Notes: generated by a model not told the origin, from the letters alone. Positions 9,016-18,462 are shown, counted from the first letter of the stretch. The stretch is DNA of 47,035 bases from Abditibacteriaceae bacterium (GCA_031372065.1 JANMKN010000192.1:1-47035), one strand, 5' to 3'. Program-made: numbers and translations.

Positions 9016-12000
9016 TTACATTTCATCCATCAAAGTCACCACGGAAGTGTTGTCTTTCAATTCGATGCTGTAGCGCGAAGGAAACGCGTCGGCGAATTCG
9101 TCTTGGTGCGAGACTAAAATGATGCGGCTGAGTTCGTCCTTGAGGTTGTGCAGTTCTTCAATGATTTCGCGGCGGCCTTCTTGGTCGAGACTGCCGAAAC
9201 CTTCATCAATAATCACCGATTCGATGCGCCGCGTGCCGCTTCCGGCGAACTGTCCGATGCCGAGTGCCAGTGAAACTGCGACGCGAAAGCGCTGACTGCC
9301 GCTGAGAAGGTAAACCGGCATTGGGTCTTCGCCCGCTTCGCTGTTGTAGGCCAACAAGTCCAATGCGCGCACGGCTTTGCCAGCGGGTTCGTTGCCGTCG
9401 TGTCGCAATTCGATGCGCAAAGTGCCGCCTGAGATGCGATCTAAAACCTGATTGGCATTGGAAACAATGCCGCTTTCGGCCTGCTGCAATAGATAACGCT
9501 GCAAACGATCACGCCCCAGATAATCAGCTAAAATTTTATAAAGCTGCGCTTGTTTTTCGACTTTCTTGAGGTCTTTTTCGGTTTCAAAACGCCGCGCTTT
9601 CAAGTCTTGGAGACGCTGCGTTTCCTTTTCATAAATGTGCTGCTCGGCCAAGGCGCTTTCATGTTGACGGCGCGCGGCGTTTTCTTCGTTTGCCACTTCG
9701 TCTGGCGAACGCCGCGCTGCCACAGGAACATTGTCGGACTCGTCTTCGATTTGCCGCAGACGCTTTAAATGCGCTGCGTTATCGCGTTGGGCATTTTGCA
9801 GCAAGGCTAATTTTTCGTCGGCGCCGCGCAAAAGTCCGATTTCGTTTTGCCACTCTTGCAATTGCGTTTCGCTGAGAGTTTTCGCAGTTTCCCGCCACGA
9901 TTCCGGCACGTTTGCCAGCGCATTTCGCAAGGCGCGTTCGATGCCTTCGCGCCGCGCATTTTCTTGCGCGGCTTGCGTTTGCGCGCGCTGCTGTTCGTCG
10001 CGCGCCGCTTCGATGGCGCCTTGCAAAGTATCGACTTCGCGCGCGGCGTTTTTCAGGGGCGCTTCCAAATTTTGAAAGTCGCGCACGGCCTGTTGCGCTT
10101 CGTTTTGCGCCTGCTCATGCGCGGCGCGGATTTCGCTTTCGCGCTCTGGCGAGTATTCGCCCTCTCTCGCTTGACGAATGCTTTCATAGGGCGCGCGACG
10201 CGAGCGCAAATCGTCGCGCATGGCTTTTTGGCCTTGCAGTGTTTGCAGTTTCGCTTGTGCCGTAGCCGCTTCTTGGGCCAAGCGCGTAGCGCCTTGCAAA
10301 TCCTCGTCGTCGGGATAAAACGCCGCGATTAAATCGTTCCATTTACCCTCGCGGGACGCATCAATTTTGCTTTGATAATCGGCGGGCAAAGCGACAAAGG
10401 CTTCTTCGCCGCGCGTTTTTTCCGTGGCGCCCAGTTCGCGCGCTTTGGCGATGTTGCAATCAAGACGATAAATATCTTCGTTCAAGCGTTGCAGGCGCAC
10501 GTTGAGAACCTTGGCCTCGCTTTGCAAAGTTTCGTGTTCGGTTTGCAGTTCATCGCTGCGCGTTTTGGCGGCTTGCGCTTCCTCGCCGGCGCGCGAAAAT
10601 TCGCCCCTAATGCGGTCTTTTTCGGCTTCGATGTGTTCCTGCGTCAAAGGTTGACCGCAATATTCGCATTCGGCGCGATTTTCCTGACTTTTCAAGCGTT
10701 CGACGCGCTGGCGAATCTGTTCGCGCAGCGTTTTCATTTCGGTGGCGCGTTGCTGCGCGTCCAAAACTTCTTGGCGTAATTTTGGCTCGCACGCTTCGAC
10801 TTCGCCGAGCCTTGTGAGCGCCTTTTGCTGCTCATCGCGCTTGATTTTTAATTCGGCTTCGGTTTGTTTGGCTTCGTTTTTTAACTGCATAAACGCCGCG
10901 CGCGACGAGGCGAATTGCCGCAGCCATGGCAAGGCGTTTTTGATCTCCTGACCGTGTTCGGCGGCGGCTTTGGCAACCGAAATTCGCGTGTCGAGATCAA
11001 TGGCAAAATGCGACAACTCGGCATCGAGATTCGCCAATTCGCGCCGCGCATTTTCCAGTTCGTCCAAAGCCGGAAGATGACCGCGCAATTCGATTTCTTG
11101 TTCGCGCGTCACTTCGCGTTGCGTTTGCAAAGCGGCGTGTTGATTTTGCAAAGCGGCCAATGAATTTTGCGCCTCGCCGAGCCGCGTTTTGGCGTTTTCA
11201 AAAGCCGTTTGCGCCGTGTGCAAGGCGGCATTTTGGCGCGCGATGGTTTGCTCGCATTGCTGCAAGCGCGCGCTTTCGCTCCACACTTCGCTCAGTCGTG
11301 GCAACGCGCCGTTTAAGTCAAGCAAACGCTTGGCGTCGGCTTCGATTTGCGCGGCTTGCGCGAACAATTCCTGCGCGCCGCGCAGTTGCTTTTCGATGAC
11401 CGCTTGTTCTTCACGCAGTTCCTGCCAGCGTTCGGCGCGCACCAAAAGCTGCGTCCATTGCAAGTGCTTTTGATGCGCGGTTTGGGCCTGTTCTTCCCAT
11501 GCTTTGGCGTGCGTTTCGGCTTCTTTGATTTGCTCTTCGTCCACAATCGCCAAGTCAGTCAGGCGCACATTCAAATTCTTGGCGGCCCCTTCAAAATCGC
11601 GGCGCGCATTATCGGCGTGCGCGTGCAATTTTTCGTAGGCTTCCAAGCCGACAATTTGCGAAAGCATCTCGTGACGCTTTTTCGGATCGGCTTCCAAAAG
11701 CGCGTCGCTTTTGCCTTGTTGCAGCATGACTGAGGCCGTGAAAGTCAGTTCATCCAGCCCGATAGTGTGCGCCACCCATTCTTCAAAGCCATCTTTGTAA
11801 TCGCTGTTAGAAATGGTGCGCGCTTCGTCCGCCATGCCTTTACCGGCGGGTGGATTGGGGCCTTTGAGATGCCACGCTTGAAACGTCGGCTTGCCGCTTT
11901 TGGCGAGAGTGCGCTTGACGCGATAATCGTCTTCGCCAATGCGAAAATCAAACTCAACCAGCAGGTTGCTGGCGCCTTGATTTATCAGTTCTTTGGCGTT

Positions 12001-12174
12001 CTGCTTGCCGCCGCGATGCACGCCGTAAAGCACCCAGGTTATCGCATCGAAAACCGTAGATTTGCCCGACCCGTTGGGGCCGGAAAGCATCCATAACTTG
12101 GAGCCTTCAAAATTAAACGTGGCTTCATCACGGTAGCTCATGAAGCCTTGCAATTGCACGCGTAGTGGAATCAT
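9016..12174 (-). CDS. sbcC: SbcC/Rad50 SMC-family ATPase
   Basis: Walker A GPNGSGKS, Q-loop LQQG, long coiled coil with CEYC zinc hook, signature LSGSQ, Walker B IIDEGFGSLD, LVSH. Confidence 0.93.
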   Translation of the reverse strand: MIPLRVQLQGFMSYRDEATFNFEGSKLWMLSGPNGSGKSTVFDAITWVLYGVHRGGKQNAKELINQGASNLLVEFDFRIGEDDYRVKRTLAKSGKPTFQAWHLKGPNPPAGKGMADEARTISNSDYKDGFEEWVAHTIGLDELTFTASVMLQQGKSDALLEADPKKRHEMLSQIVGLEAYEKLHAHADNARRDFEGAAKNLNVRLTDLAIVDEEQIKEAETHAKAWEEQAQTAHQKHLQWTQLLVRAERWQELREEQAVIEKQLRGAQELFAQAAQIEADAKRLLDLNGALPRLSEVWSESARLQQCEQTIARQNAALHTAQTAFENAKTRLGEAQNSLAALQNQHAALQTQREVTREQEIELRGHLPALDELENARRELANLDAELSHFAIDLDTRISVAKAAAEHGQEIKNALPWLRQFASSRAAFMQLKNEAKQTEAELKIKRDEQQKALTRLGEVEACEPKLRQEVLDAQQRATEMKTLREQIRQRVERLKSQENRAECEYCGQPLTQEHIEAEKDRIRGEFSRAGEEAQAAKTRSDELQTEHETLQSEAKVLNVRLQRLNEDIYRLDCNIAKARELGATEKTRGEEAFVALPADYQSKIDASREGKWNDLIAAFYPDDEDLQGATRLAQEAATAQAKLQTLQGQKAMRDDLRSRRAPYESIRQAREGEYSPERESEIRAAHEQAQNEAQQAVRDFQNLEAPLKNAAREVDTLQGAIEAARDEQQRAQTQAAQENARREGIERALRNALANVPESWRETAKTLSETQLQEWQNEIGLLRGADEKLALLQNAQRDNAAHLKRLRQIEDESDNVPVAARRSPDEVANEENAARRQHESALAEQHIYEKETQRLQDLKARRFETEKDLKKVEKQAQLYKILADYLGRDRLQRYLLQQAESGIVSNANQVLDRISGGTLRIELRHDGNEPAGKAVRALDLLAYNSEAGEDPMPVYLLSGSQRFRVAVSLALGIGQFAGSGTRRIESVIIDEGFGSLDQEGRREIIEELHNLKDELSRIILVSHQDEFADAFPSRYSIELKDNTSVVTLMDEM

Positions 12175-13430
12175 GCGGCCTCCTCGGTCAGGCTGGCTGG
12201 CATCGCACTGTCCAAAACTTCCACTAAAATCTGCTCGCCCAATTGCAAAAGTTCATCGCGCTGCGAGTGCGTGGCAAGCTGCGTTTGCAAATAGTCGCGC
12301 ACAGTTCCGGCAACATCGTGCATCCGGCGCGTTGCGCGTTGCGGCGCAATGTCATCGCGGCCAATTTCGATTAATTCGCGTGTATACCAACGCGGAAATA
12401 GAGCGGTGATTTGGCGACACAATTCGTCGCGATTGTCCTGCCCCGGCTCCCAGCGCAGCGTGTATTTTACAAGCGCTTGTTTTGCTTGCGCATCGTTTTC
12501 GTATTTGGCTTTTAATGCGGCGATTTCGTGTTCTGGTTCGGCGATGTTGAAATACCAAATCGGCGATGTTTCGAGCGGCAAAATTTGCGGCGCGCCTTGC
12601 AAACCTTCGGCGCCAATTTCAAAAAGCACGATGCTTTTCTCGTCGTGTCGCTCGGCAAAATCAAGGCGCTCTACGCTGCCGCAATAACGAACGTGCGGCG
12701 CGCCGGGAACGGCTTCCTGTGGCTTGTGAATGTGCCCATAGGCAACATACGACCACGAAGTTGGCACATCGCTTGGCTCGAAAATTACGTCTTCCAATTC
12801 GGTCACGCGATACAGATTGTGCGTTTGCGCGCCGCGCACATGAATATGGCTAATCAGCACAGCGGGCTGCGTGACATCAATACGCGCGCGCTGTTGTTCG
12901 AGCGCGGTTTTAAACTGCGTTTGCACGGCGCGATTTTTCTCTTCGACGTTGTTGTAATGCGCGTCCGAATCGCGTAAATAATAGCGCGGCGTCGGGTAGG
13001 GCATCAGCAAAAACTGCACGATTTGTCCGGCGCCGTCGCGCAATTTCAAAAGGCGCGGCGCGGGCGCGATATAAAGCCTGCCACCCGCCACCACGCCATC
13101 GGCGCTTTTTTCGACGGGCGACACTAAATCCAAAGCGTCGCGCAGCATTTCAAAAAACACATCGCGGTCATGGTTGCCGCTGATGGCTAAAATGGCGCCG
13201 CCGCGATTGAGAAACGGCAAAAAGATGCGACGAATTTCACCCACCGCGCCGCGCATTTGTTCAATGCGACTGCGCTCGGAAAACAAGTCGCCCGCGACGA
13301 TCATCACGTCCACGGCGTGTTCTTCCAAATACTGGGCAATTTGTTCAAGCGATTGACAAATATCCGCCGAACGATCCACGCGCCCAAGGGTGTCGTTCAT
13401 GTGCCAGTCGCCGGTATGCAAAATTTTCAT
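12171..13430 (-). CDS. sbcD: SbcD/Mre11 metallophosphoesterase nuclease
   Basis: ILHTGDWH, AGDLF, GNHD, GHIH, RYCGS motifs; ATGA overlap with sbcC. Confidence 0.93.
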   Translation of the reverse strand: MKILHTGDWHMNDTLGRVDRSADICQSLEQIAQYLEEHAVDVMIVAGDLFSERSRIEQMRGAVGEIRRIFLPFLNRGGAILAISGNHDRDVFFEMLRDALDLVSPVEKSADGVVAGGRLYIAPAPRLLKLRDGAGQIVQFLLMPYPTPRYYLRDSDAHYNNVEEKNRAVQTQFKTALEQQRARIDVTQPAVLISHIHVRGAQTHNLYRVTELEDVIFEPSDVPTSWSYVAYGHIHKPQEAVPGAPHVRYCGSVERLDFAERHDEKSIVLFEIGAEGLQGAPQILPLETSPIWYFNIAEPEHEIAALKAKYENDAQAKQALVKYTLRWEPGQDNRDELCRQITALFPRWYTRELIEIGRDDIAPQRATRRMHDVAGTVRDYLQTQLATHSQRDELLQLGEQILVEVLDSAMPASLTEEAA

Positions 13431-13444
13431 GTCTTAAAACGGGA

Positions 13445-13578
13445 AATAGAACACGGAGCTACGCTACGCGGAAACGGCACGGGTTTTCACGGGTTCAGAG
13501 AGGGTTTTTATTGTTCAATCCACAAAGAAACCGTGTTCATCCGTGCCGTTTCCGCGTAGCGTAGCTCCGTGTTCTATT
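13445..13578. repeat. Long inverted-repeat element (MITE/REP-like)
   Basis: Perfect 38-bp arms at 13445-13482 and 13541-13578 around a 58-bp core; recurring CACGG/CCGTG sub-motifs. Confidence 0.9.
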
Positions 13579-13584
13579 CAAAAT

Positions 13585-15432
13585 TCAATCATCAAACAGG
13601 TCGTTGTAATTCGCCGTGCCGTTCAGAGAATTTGGTTCGACAGCGGGCGACAGGGCCTCGTTCGGGTTCATGGCCCACGCGGGAAATGGCACGCGAATGT
13701 GCATCGGTTCGCGGAAATTGTCTTGCACGATCAGCTTTTCATCGAGCAGTAAATTTTCGGCTTTGCGCCGCGCGGTTTGGCTGAGAAAACTCCAAACCGG
13801 ATGCGAAAGTTCCAGCGAACCGCTTTTGCCCAAAACGCGCAGGCCGCAGTTTTCGATGACGCGCTCCGATACCTTTGAGGCTTGCTGCTGCGCGCCCAAA
13901 AGAATGATGCCTTGCGAACGCATTTCTGCGGCGACCAGTTCGATAAGCTGCGTAATCGGATCGCGTGAGCCGCGCGGCGCGAAGCGATTTAATTCGTCCA
14001 ATGTCACCAAATAGGTCAGGCCTTTAACCGCGTTGGTGCCTGTCCGCGCTTGCACCAATTGACGAAGCACCGTCGCGACGACAAAGCGCTGCAATTCGGG
14101 CCGCGCCGAAAGCGCGTTGAGGTCAATAACAATTGGGTCGGTGGTGTCGCCGGCCACAATGCGCAGCGGGTTGCCGTTGTCGTCATCCAAGCGCAAAACG
14201 CCGCGCCCATCGTAAATGAGATTCAGCAAACGCCGATATAATTTGCGCCATGTGCCTTTGACATGGCCGCGCAACGCGCCATCGGTTTCGCCCAGACATT
14301 GATCGTAAACCCATTCTTTGAAGTCGTTAAAATTCGGCGTCGCTTTGCCCAGTGGTTTGGCGTTTAACGAGCGCTCCGAACTGCCGTCGTGATTAAGTTT
14401 TTCGTGCGTTAGCAGGCTTTCGATGTCCATCACAAGGGCGCGGAAATTGGCGTCGTGGGCATCGCTTTCGGAAAACAAAAATTCCAGTAAGCCTTCTTCG
14501 ATGATGTTGCGAAAACTCCACGAATACGGTTTCACATCGCCGCGCCCCGAAGTGGGAACCGGCAGCGTGCCGACTGGCATTTGCGCGGCGTAATAGGTGA
14601 CGTTTTCAAACGCGCCGGGATTTTCGATGCCGATTTGCGCCCAATCAGCGCGATGGTCTTCGCGGAATTTGGTGCTGCGCCTGTCCATGTGAAACAGGTC
14701 GTAATTCTTCACATTGAGAATAATTGGCACCACGCGCAAACGATTTTCGGCAGCGGGCAAGGCTTTTTTCTGGCGCCGCGCTTCGTGCAAAAGCAAATAA
14801 TTTATCAGCAGCAGAAAACTCGATTTTGTGCCGCGTCCGGCGGTGCCATTGACGTTCATGTGACCGCCGTTTTCGCCTAAAACATAAGCCAAATCAATGG
14901 TGCCCGGCCCGACGGTGTTGTTGCCGCCATTTTTGATGAGGCCAATTTGCAAGCGATTGCGCGGCTCTACTTCGTCCACGCGATAAGCCATTTCGGCGTC
15001 TTTGTTGGTGGCAAGCATCACATCGCTGCGTTCGCGCGGCGGCGTGAAAAGTGGTGGCTCGGTGCGCAAAATGGCGGCGGCGGCCCATGTGTAGCCTTCG
15101 CTGGCAAAGGGCGGCTCGTAATTCAAATCGCCATCGGCTTCGTCCACTTCGTGGCCCATGTTGCGCTTGCGCGAGGAGCGATGCACTTCGTCAATAATGG
15201 CGTAAAAAGTGAAATCCTGCCCGGCAATTTTGCTTTGGCAAGTGACAAGTTGGGTTTTTTCGACAAGCGCATCGGGCGGCACCCAAAAGGTGAAGCATTC
15301 GCTGGTCGCTTCCTGCCCACCGGGTGCGCCGACGCGCCCAATGCAAGTGCGGTCATTGGCTTTTTCAATCGGGCCGCGCGGGCGATTTATTATATCTTCG
15401 GTTGGGGCGTTTTCTGTGCTGTTTAAATTCAT
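13585..15432 (-). CDS. herA: HerA-family (FtsK-HerA) ATPase
   Basis: N-terminal HAS-barrel-like region; HMNVNGTAGRGTKSS Walker A variant; LVTLDELNRFAP Walker B; EMRSQGIILLGAQQ; adjacent to sbcD-sbcC. Confidence 0.8.
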   Translation of the reverse strand: MNLNSTENAPTEDIINRPRGPIEKANDRTCIGRVGAPGGQEATSECFTFWVPPDALVEKTQLVTCQSKIAGQDFTFYAIIDEVHRSSRKRNMGHEVDEADGDLNYEPPFASEGYTWAAAAILRTEPPLFTPPRERSDVMLATNKDAEMAYRVDEVEPRNRLQIGLIKNGGNNTVGPGTIDLAYVLGENGGHMNVNGTAGRGTKSSFLLLINYLLLHEARRQKKALPAAENRLRVVPIILNVKNYDLFHMDRRSTKFREDHRADWAQIGIENPGAFENVTYYAAQMPVGTLPVPTSGRGDVKPYSWSFRNIIEEGLLEFLFSESDAHDANFRALVMDIESLLTHEKLNHDGSSERSLNAKPLGKATPNFNDFKEWVYDQCLGETDGALRGHVKGTWRKLYRRLLNLIYDGRGVLRLDDDNGNPLRIVAGDTTDPIVIDLNALSARPELQRFVVATVLRQLVQARTGTNAVKGLTYLVTLDELNRFAPRGSRDPITQLIELVAAEMRSQGIILLGAQQQASKVSERVIENCGLRVLGKSGSLELSHPVWSFLSQTARRKAENLLLDEKLIVQDNFREPMHIRVPFPAWAMNPNEALSPAVEPNSLNGTANYNDLFDD

Positions 15433-15530
15433 GTTGGCTCCGGCTTATAGTGTAGTTTCTCGAAAGCGATTCGGCGTGTGACAAAAATCGCCGGAATTTA
15501 TTACGGGCGATGTTTTGTAGTTTTTGATTA

Positions 15531-15586
15531 ATTCATGTTACGCAGTCGTTCTTTCCAGCACCACAAACCAACTGCGTGACATGAAT
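15531..15586. repeat. Inverted repeat between the GH16 gene and herA
   Basis: ATTCATGTTACGCAGT (15531-15546) pairs with ACTGCGTGACATGAAT (15571-15586), one wobble, 24-nt loop. Confidence 0.6.
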
Positions 15587-15600
15587 GATTAATTTGACGC

Positions 15601-16338
15601 CTAATTTTTCTTTTCGGGCGTGAACGAAAATTTGCTAATAACAATTTCGGCACCTTGGCCGTTTTGCGGCGCTTGGCCGCGAAACAGCCAGAAGTTGAGG
15701 TGCAACGGCAGCGGGTTTTGCGGAATAAGTTTTTGCGGCTCGTCCGGCGTGCATTTCCAGTTGGCGATGATGTTTTGCTCGTCGTCATGATGGCCGCCGA
15801 GCATCCAGAATTCCACGCTTTTGGCTGACCAATCGAAGCGGTTGGTGGTGTAATCGCCATCCAGTTTGAAATCGAAAGGATGCGTTTGGATTTTGTTTTT
15901 CGCTTCCGGCACAGCGGGCCACACCGAGAAATTGCCCATCGGCGTTTCGGCTTTGCCCCAACGCGCGAATTCGATGTCTATTTCGTTGGTGCCATCCGGC
16001 CCGATTTCGGGCCGCGTATAAGGAAACAGGCCCAGCACGATTTGCGGATCGAATTGGTCGGTGCGCCCCACGATTTGCCATTGATAGCGGCCAAAACCAA
16101 AACGCTGTTTGGAATACAATTCGGCGCACTGCCATTTGCCATCGCGCTGTGAAATTTTCAAATGCAAACGGCCCGCATCGTCCAGCCAAACGTTGTTTTC
16201 GTCCCACGCATTCGGCCCCGGCCCCATCAGCGGCGCGTTTTTGACTGTCCATTCGTAACCGGAAAAAGTGAGGCTCTTTTCGGCAAAAACAGGCAGGGAA
16301 ATGGTTATCAAGGCAAGAAAAAGCAATTTGGTTGGCAT
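15601..16338 (-). CDS. Secreted glycoside hydrolase family 16 protein
   Basis: Signal peptide; EIDIE catalytic motif; GRLHLKI, FGFGRY, LHLNFW. Confidence 0.88.
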   Translation of the reverse strand: MPTKLLFLALITISLPVFAEKSLTFSGYEWTVKNAPLMGPGPNAWDENNVWLDDAGRLHLKISQRDGKWQCAELYSKQRFGFGRYQWQIVGRTDQFDPQIVLGLFPYTRPEIGPDGTNEIDIEFARWGKAETPMGNFSVWPAVPEAKNKIQTHPFDFKLDGDYTTNRFDWSAKSVEFWMLGGHHDDEQNIIANWKCTPDEPQKLIPQNPLPLHLNFWLFRGQAPQNGQGAEIVISKFSFTPEKKN

Positions 16339-16410
16339 GAAGCAAAAGTATCGCAGGAAAACAGCGAATCCGCGCGGCGGTTTAAAGGCCCAATTATGTG
16401 CTCGCTGCTC

Positions 16411-16440
16411 TTGACAATTTCACCCCGTAAACCTTACAAT
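16411..16440 (+). promoter_or_regulatory. Sigma70-type promoter
   Basis: TTGACA (16411-16416), 18-nt spacer, TACAAT (16435-16440). Confidence 0.65.
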
Positions 16441-16446
16441 GATTCC

Positions 16447-16631
16447 CATTATGTCTCTGATGCTATTTCGGGGAGGGAACCCCGCTACTTTTGTTGCTAA
16501 TACCAAAGTAGCTTTTGGCGTGTCTAAAAGGGTTTCGCCCCCCCCCACGAAATTTGCCAAATTTGCAGCATTCTGTTGACGAAAATCGTAAAAGTTAAAA
16601 AGCCGTCCGCGTTCGCGTGGGCGGCTTTTTT
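16447..16631 (+). ncRNA. Candidate structured non-coding RNA of about 185 nt, family not recognised
   Basis: Bounded by the promoter and a plus-strand terminator. Nested pairings GATGCT/AGCATT, ATTTCG/CGAAAT, G-run/C-run and GGAACCC/GGGTTTC enclose two hairpins. Confidence 0.5.
16597..16631 (+). terminator. Intrinsic terminator
   Basis: AGCCGTCCGCG-TTCG-CGTGGGCGGCT then a T-run. Two G.U pairs and the UUCG loop fit only the plus strand. Confidence 0.85.
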
Positions 16632-16655
16632 CGTTGTCAAACGCCAAAATCGCAA

Positions 16656-16864
16656 GAGTTTTCTGGATTTCTTCAAGAGAAATCCAGATTTCCCTTGAAG
16701 AAATCTGGCTGGTGCTTTGAGAAATCCAGATTTCTCTTTGAGCAATCTGGCTGGCGCTTTGGGAAATCTGGCTGGCGCTTCGAGCAAGCGACTTTCCCGA
16801 AAGGAAATCCGGCTTTCCCTTTGAGAAATCTGAATTTCCCTTGAAGAAAGCCGGATTTCTCTTG
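16656..16864. repeat. Degenerate 21-bp tandem array B
   Basis: Ten units such as GAGAAATCCAGATTTCCCTTG and GGGAAATCTGGCTGGCGCTTC; unit 16782-16801 is only 20 bp. Confidence 0.9.
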
Positions 16865-16942
16865 ACTTTGGGGCCGTTTTAGCCTGTTTTGCCGTAAAAA
16901 TCGCTGAAAAAGTCCCGATTAAGGGCAAAAAAGGAGAAAACC

Positions 16943-17053
16943 ATGAGTCACACCTCGGAAATCAGCATCCCCTACGGACGCAAGTTGGCCGATGCCGCCA
17001 TCACCACCATCCTCGCCCGTTTGGTGTTGGCATCTCGGTTTCCGTGTTTTTGA
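16943..17053 (+). pseudogene. 36-codon ORF with strong RBS, possible truncated gene or small protein
   Basis: AAGGAG at 16931-16936 then ATG; MSHTSEISIPYGRKLADAAITTILARLVLASRFPCF*. Too short for the ORF track. Confidence 0.4.
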
Positions 17054-17118
17054 TGGATTGGTTGGTGGTTGGCTCGCAGTCTCCGCTTTGTGCGCGCAGA
17101 TGGCGAATCGTGTGTTTC

Positions 17119-18462
17119 TTACTTGTCAGTTCGTTTTAAAGGGGGATTTTGAAAGAAATTAACGCGCACTTTGAGGCCGGCTTGCACGTTTTCTAAAATC
17201 AGGTTCCAATTGTTGATTTCGCAAATGGCTTTGCAAATGGCGAGGCCCAAACCGTTGCCGCCGGTTTGCGAATGGCGCGCTGCATCAGGACGAAAAAACG
17301 GCTCGCACAAGCGTTGCAAATTATCGGATTCAATCGGGGCACACTCGTTGAAAATTTCAAGATGCGGCCCGTTCTCGGACAGTAAAACGCGAATTTCACC
17401 GCCGTCGGGCGTGTATTTTACGGCGTTTTCCAATAAATTGCGCACTAAAACTTCGGGATGATTGCCGGGCGCGCGCAAGAGCATTTTGTCGGGCACAATG
17501 CTTTCTATGTGCAGATTCTTCGCGTCAATAGTCGCGCGTTGCGACATCAAAAAGCGCTCGCAAATATCGGCTAAATCGGCTTCCTGCAAAGGCGGTTTCG
17601 CGTTCGACATTTCCAGTTGATTCAAAAACAAAAGCGCCTGCACCAATTCGCTAAGACGGCGCGTTTGCGCGTCAGCTTCGACAATGGTTTCCCGATATTG
17701 CGCGGCTTCGCGCGGGCGCTGCAAGGCCAATTCCAAATGGCCTTGCAAGGCTTGCAAAGGCGTGCGCAATTCGTGCGAGGCCGCTGCATAAAAGCGTCCG
17801 CGCGCCGCTGCTGACGCGCGCTGAAATTCCAGCAATTGATTGAAAGTCGCCACCAAATGGGTGATTTCTCTATCGTTTGAAGGCGCTTCCAGATGCGCCG
17901 TTTGGCTTTTCTCGGTTCCCCTGCGCGCCTGTGACGCCAAATGGTCAATCGGCGACAAGGTGCGCCCCACCAAAATCCACGCGCCGCCTGCCGAAGTGCA
18001 AATAATAAGCAGGCTCAGTCCCATGAGAACAAAGGCCATTTCGTCGGTGCGCCGCTCGGTGGCTTGCCACGGCAACGCTACGACAAATATGGTGTCGCCA
18101 TGCGCCAAATTTGCAAAGCGCCACGCCTCCTTTGCGGGCGGCCACACAGGTGCTTGCTGCGCTTGGCCCGGCGGTGGAATGATGATTTGCCCGCTGCGAT
18201 TGGTGGCGAATAAGACGCTGCCCAGCCATCGCAAATCTTCGTTTTGTTCTTGCACAAACTCTTGCATTTGCGCTTTGCTGTGGCCGGCTTCGGATAATTC
18301 GTGTTGCACTTGCGCGATGCTATCGGCCAAAACCTGATCGGCCTGCTGGCGCGTGATATAGCGCGTGTAAAGCACCAGCGTCGCGCTGGCGGTCAGCGTG
18401 ACGGCGGCAATGCCTGTCGTAAACAAAGCCGTCATGCGGGCGCGCATGGAATTCAAGCGCAT
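17119..18462 (-). CDS. Sensor histidine kinase (2 TM, HAMP, HisKA, HATPase_c)
   Basis: ASHELRTPL H-box, NLLENAVKY N-box, PFFR, GGNGLGLAI. Confidence 0.95.
   Translation of the reverse strand: MRLNSMRARMTALFTTGIAAVTLTASATLVLYTRYITRQQADQVLADSIAQVQHELSEAGHSKAQMQEFVQEQNEDLRWLGSVLFATNRSGQIIIPPPGQAQQAPVWPPAKEAWRFANLAHGDTIFVVALPWQATERRTDEMAFVLMGLSLLIICTSAGGAWILVGRTLSPIDHLASQARRGTEKSQTAHLEAPSNDREITHLVATFNQLLEFQRASAAARGRFYAAASHELRTPLQALQGHLELALQRPREAAQYRETIVEADAQTRRLSELVQALLFLNQLEMSNAKPPLQEADLADICERFLMSQRATIDAKNLHIESIVPDKMLLRAPGNHPEVLVRNLLENAVKYTPDGGEIRVLLSENGPHLEIFNECAPIESDNLQRLCEPFFRPDAARHSQTGGNGLGLAICKAICEINNWNLILENVQAGLKVRVNFFQNPPLKRTDK

Noticed and set aside
16524..16928. 134-aa minus-strand and 75-aa plus-strand ORFs over array B
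   Set aside because: The peptide repeat register shifts at the 20-bp unit and both ORFs overlap the terminator; treated as repeat shadows.
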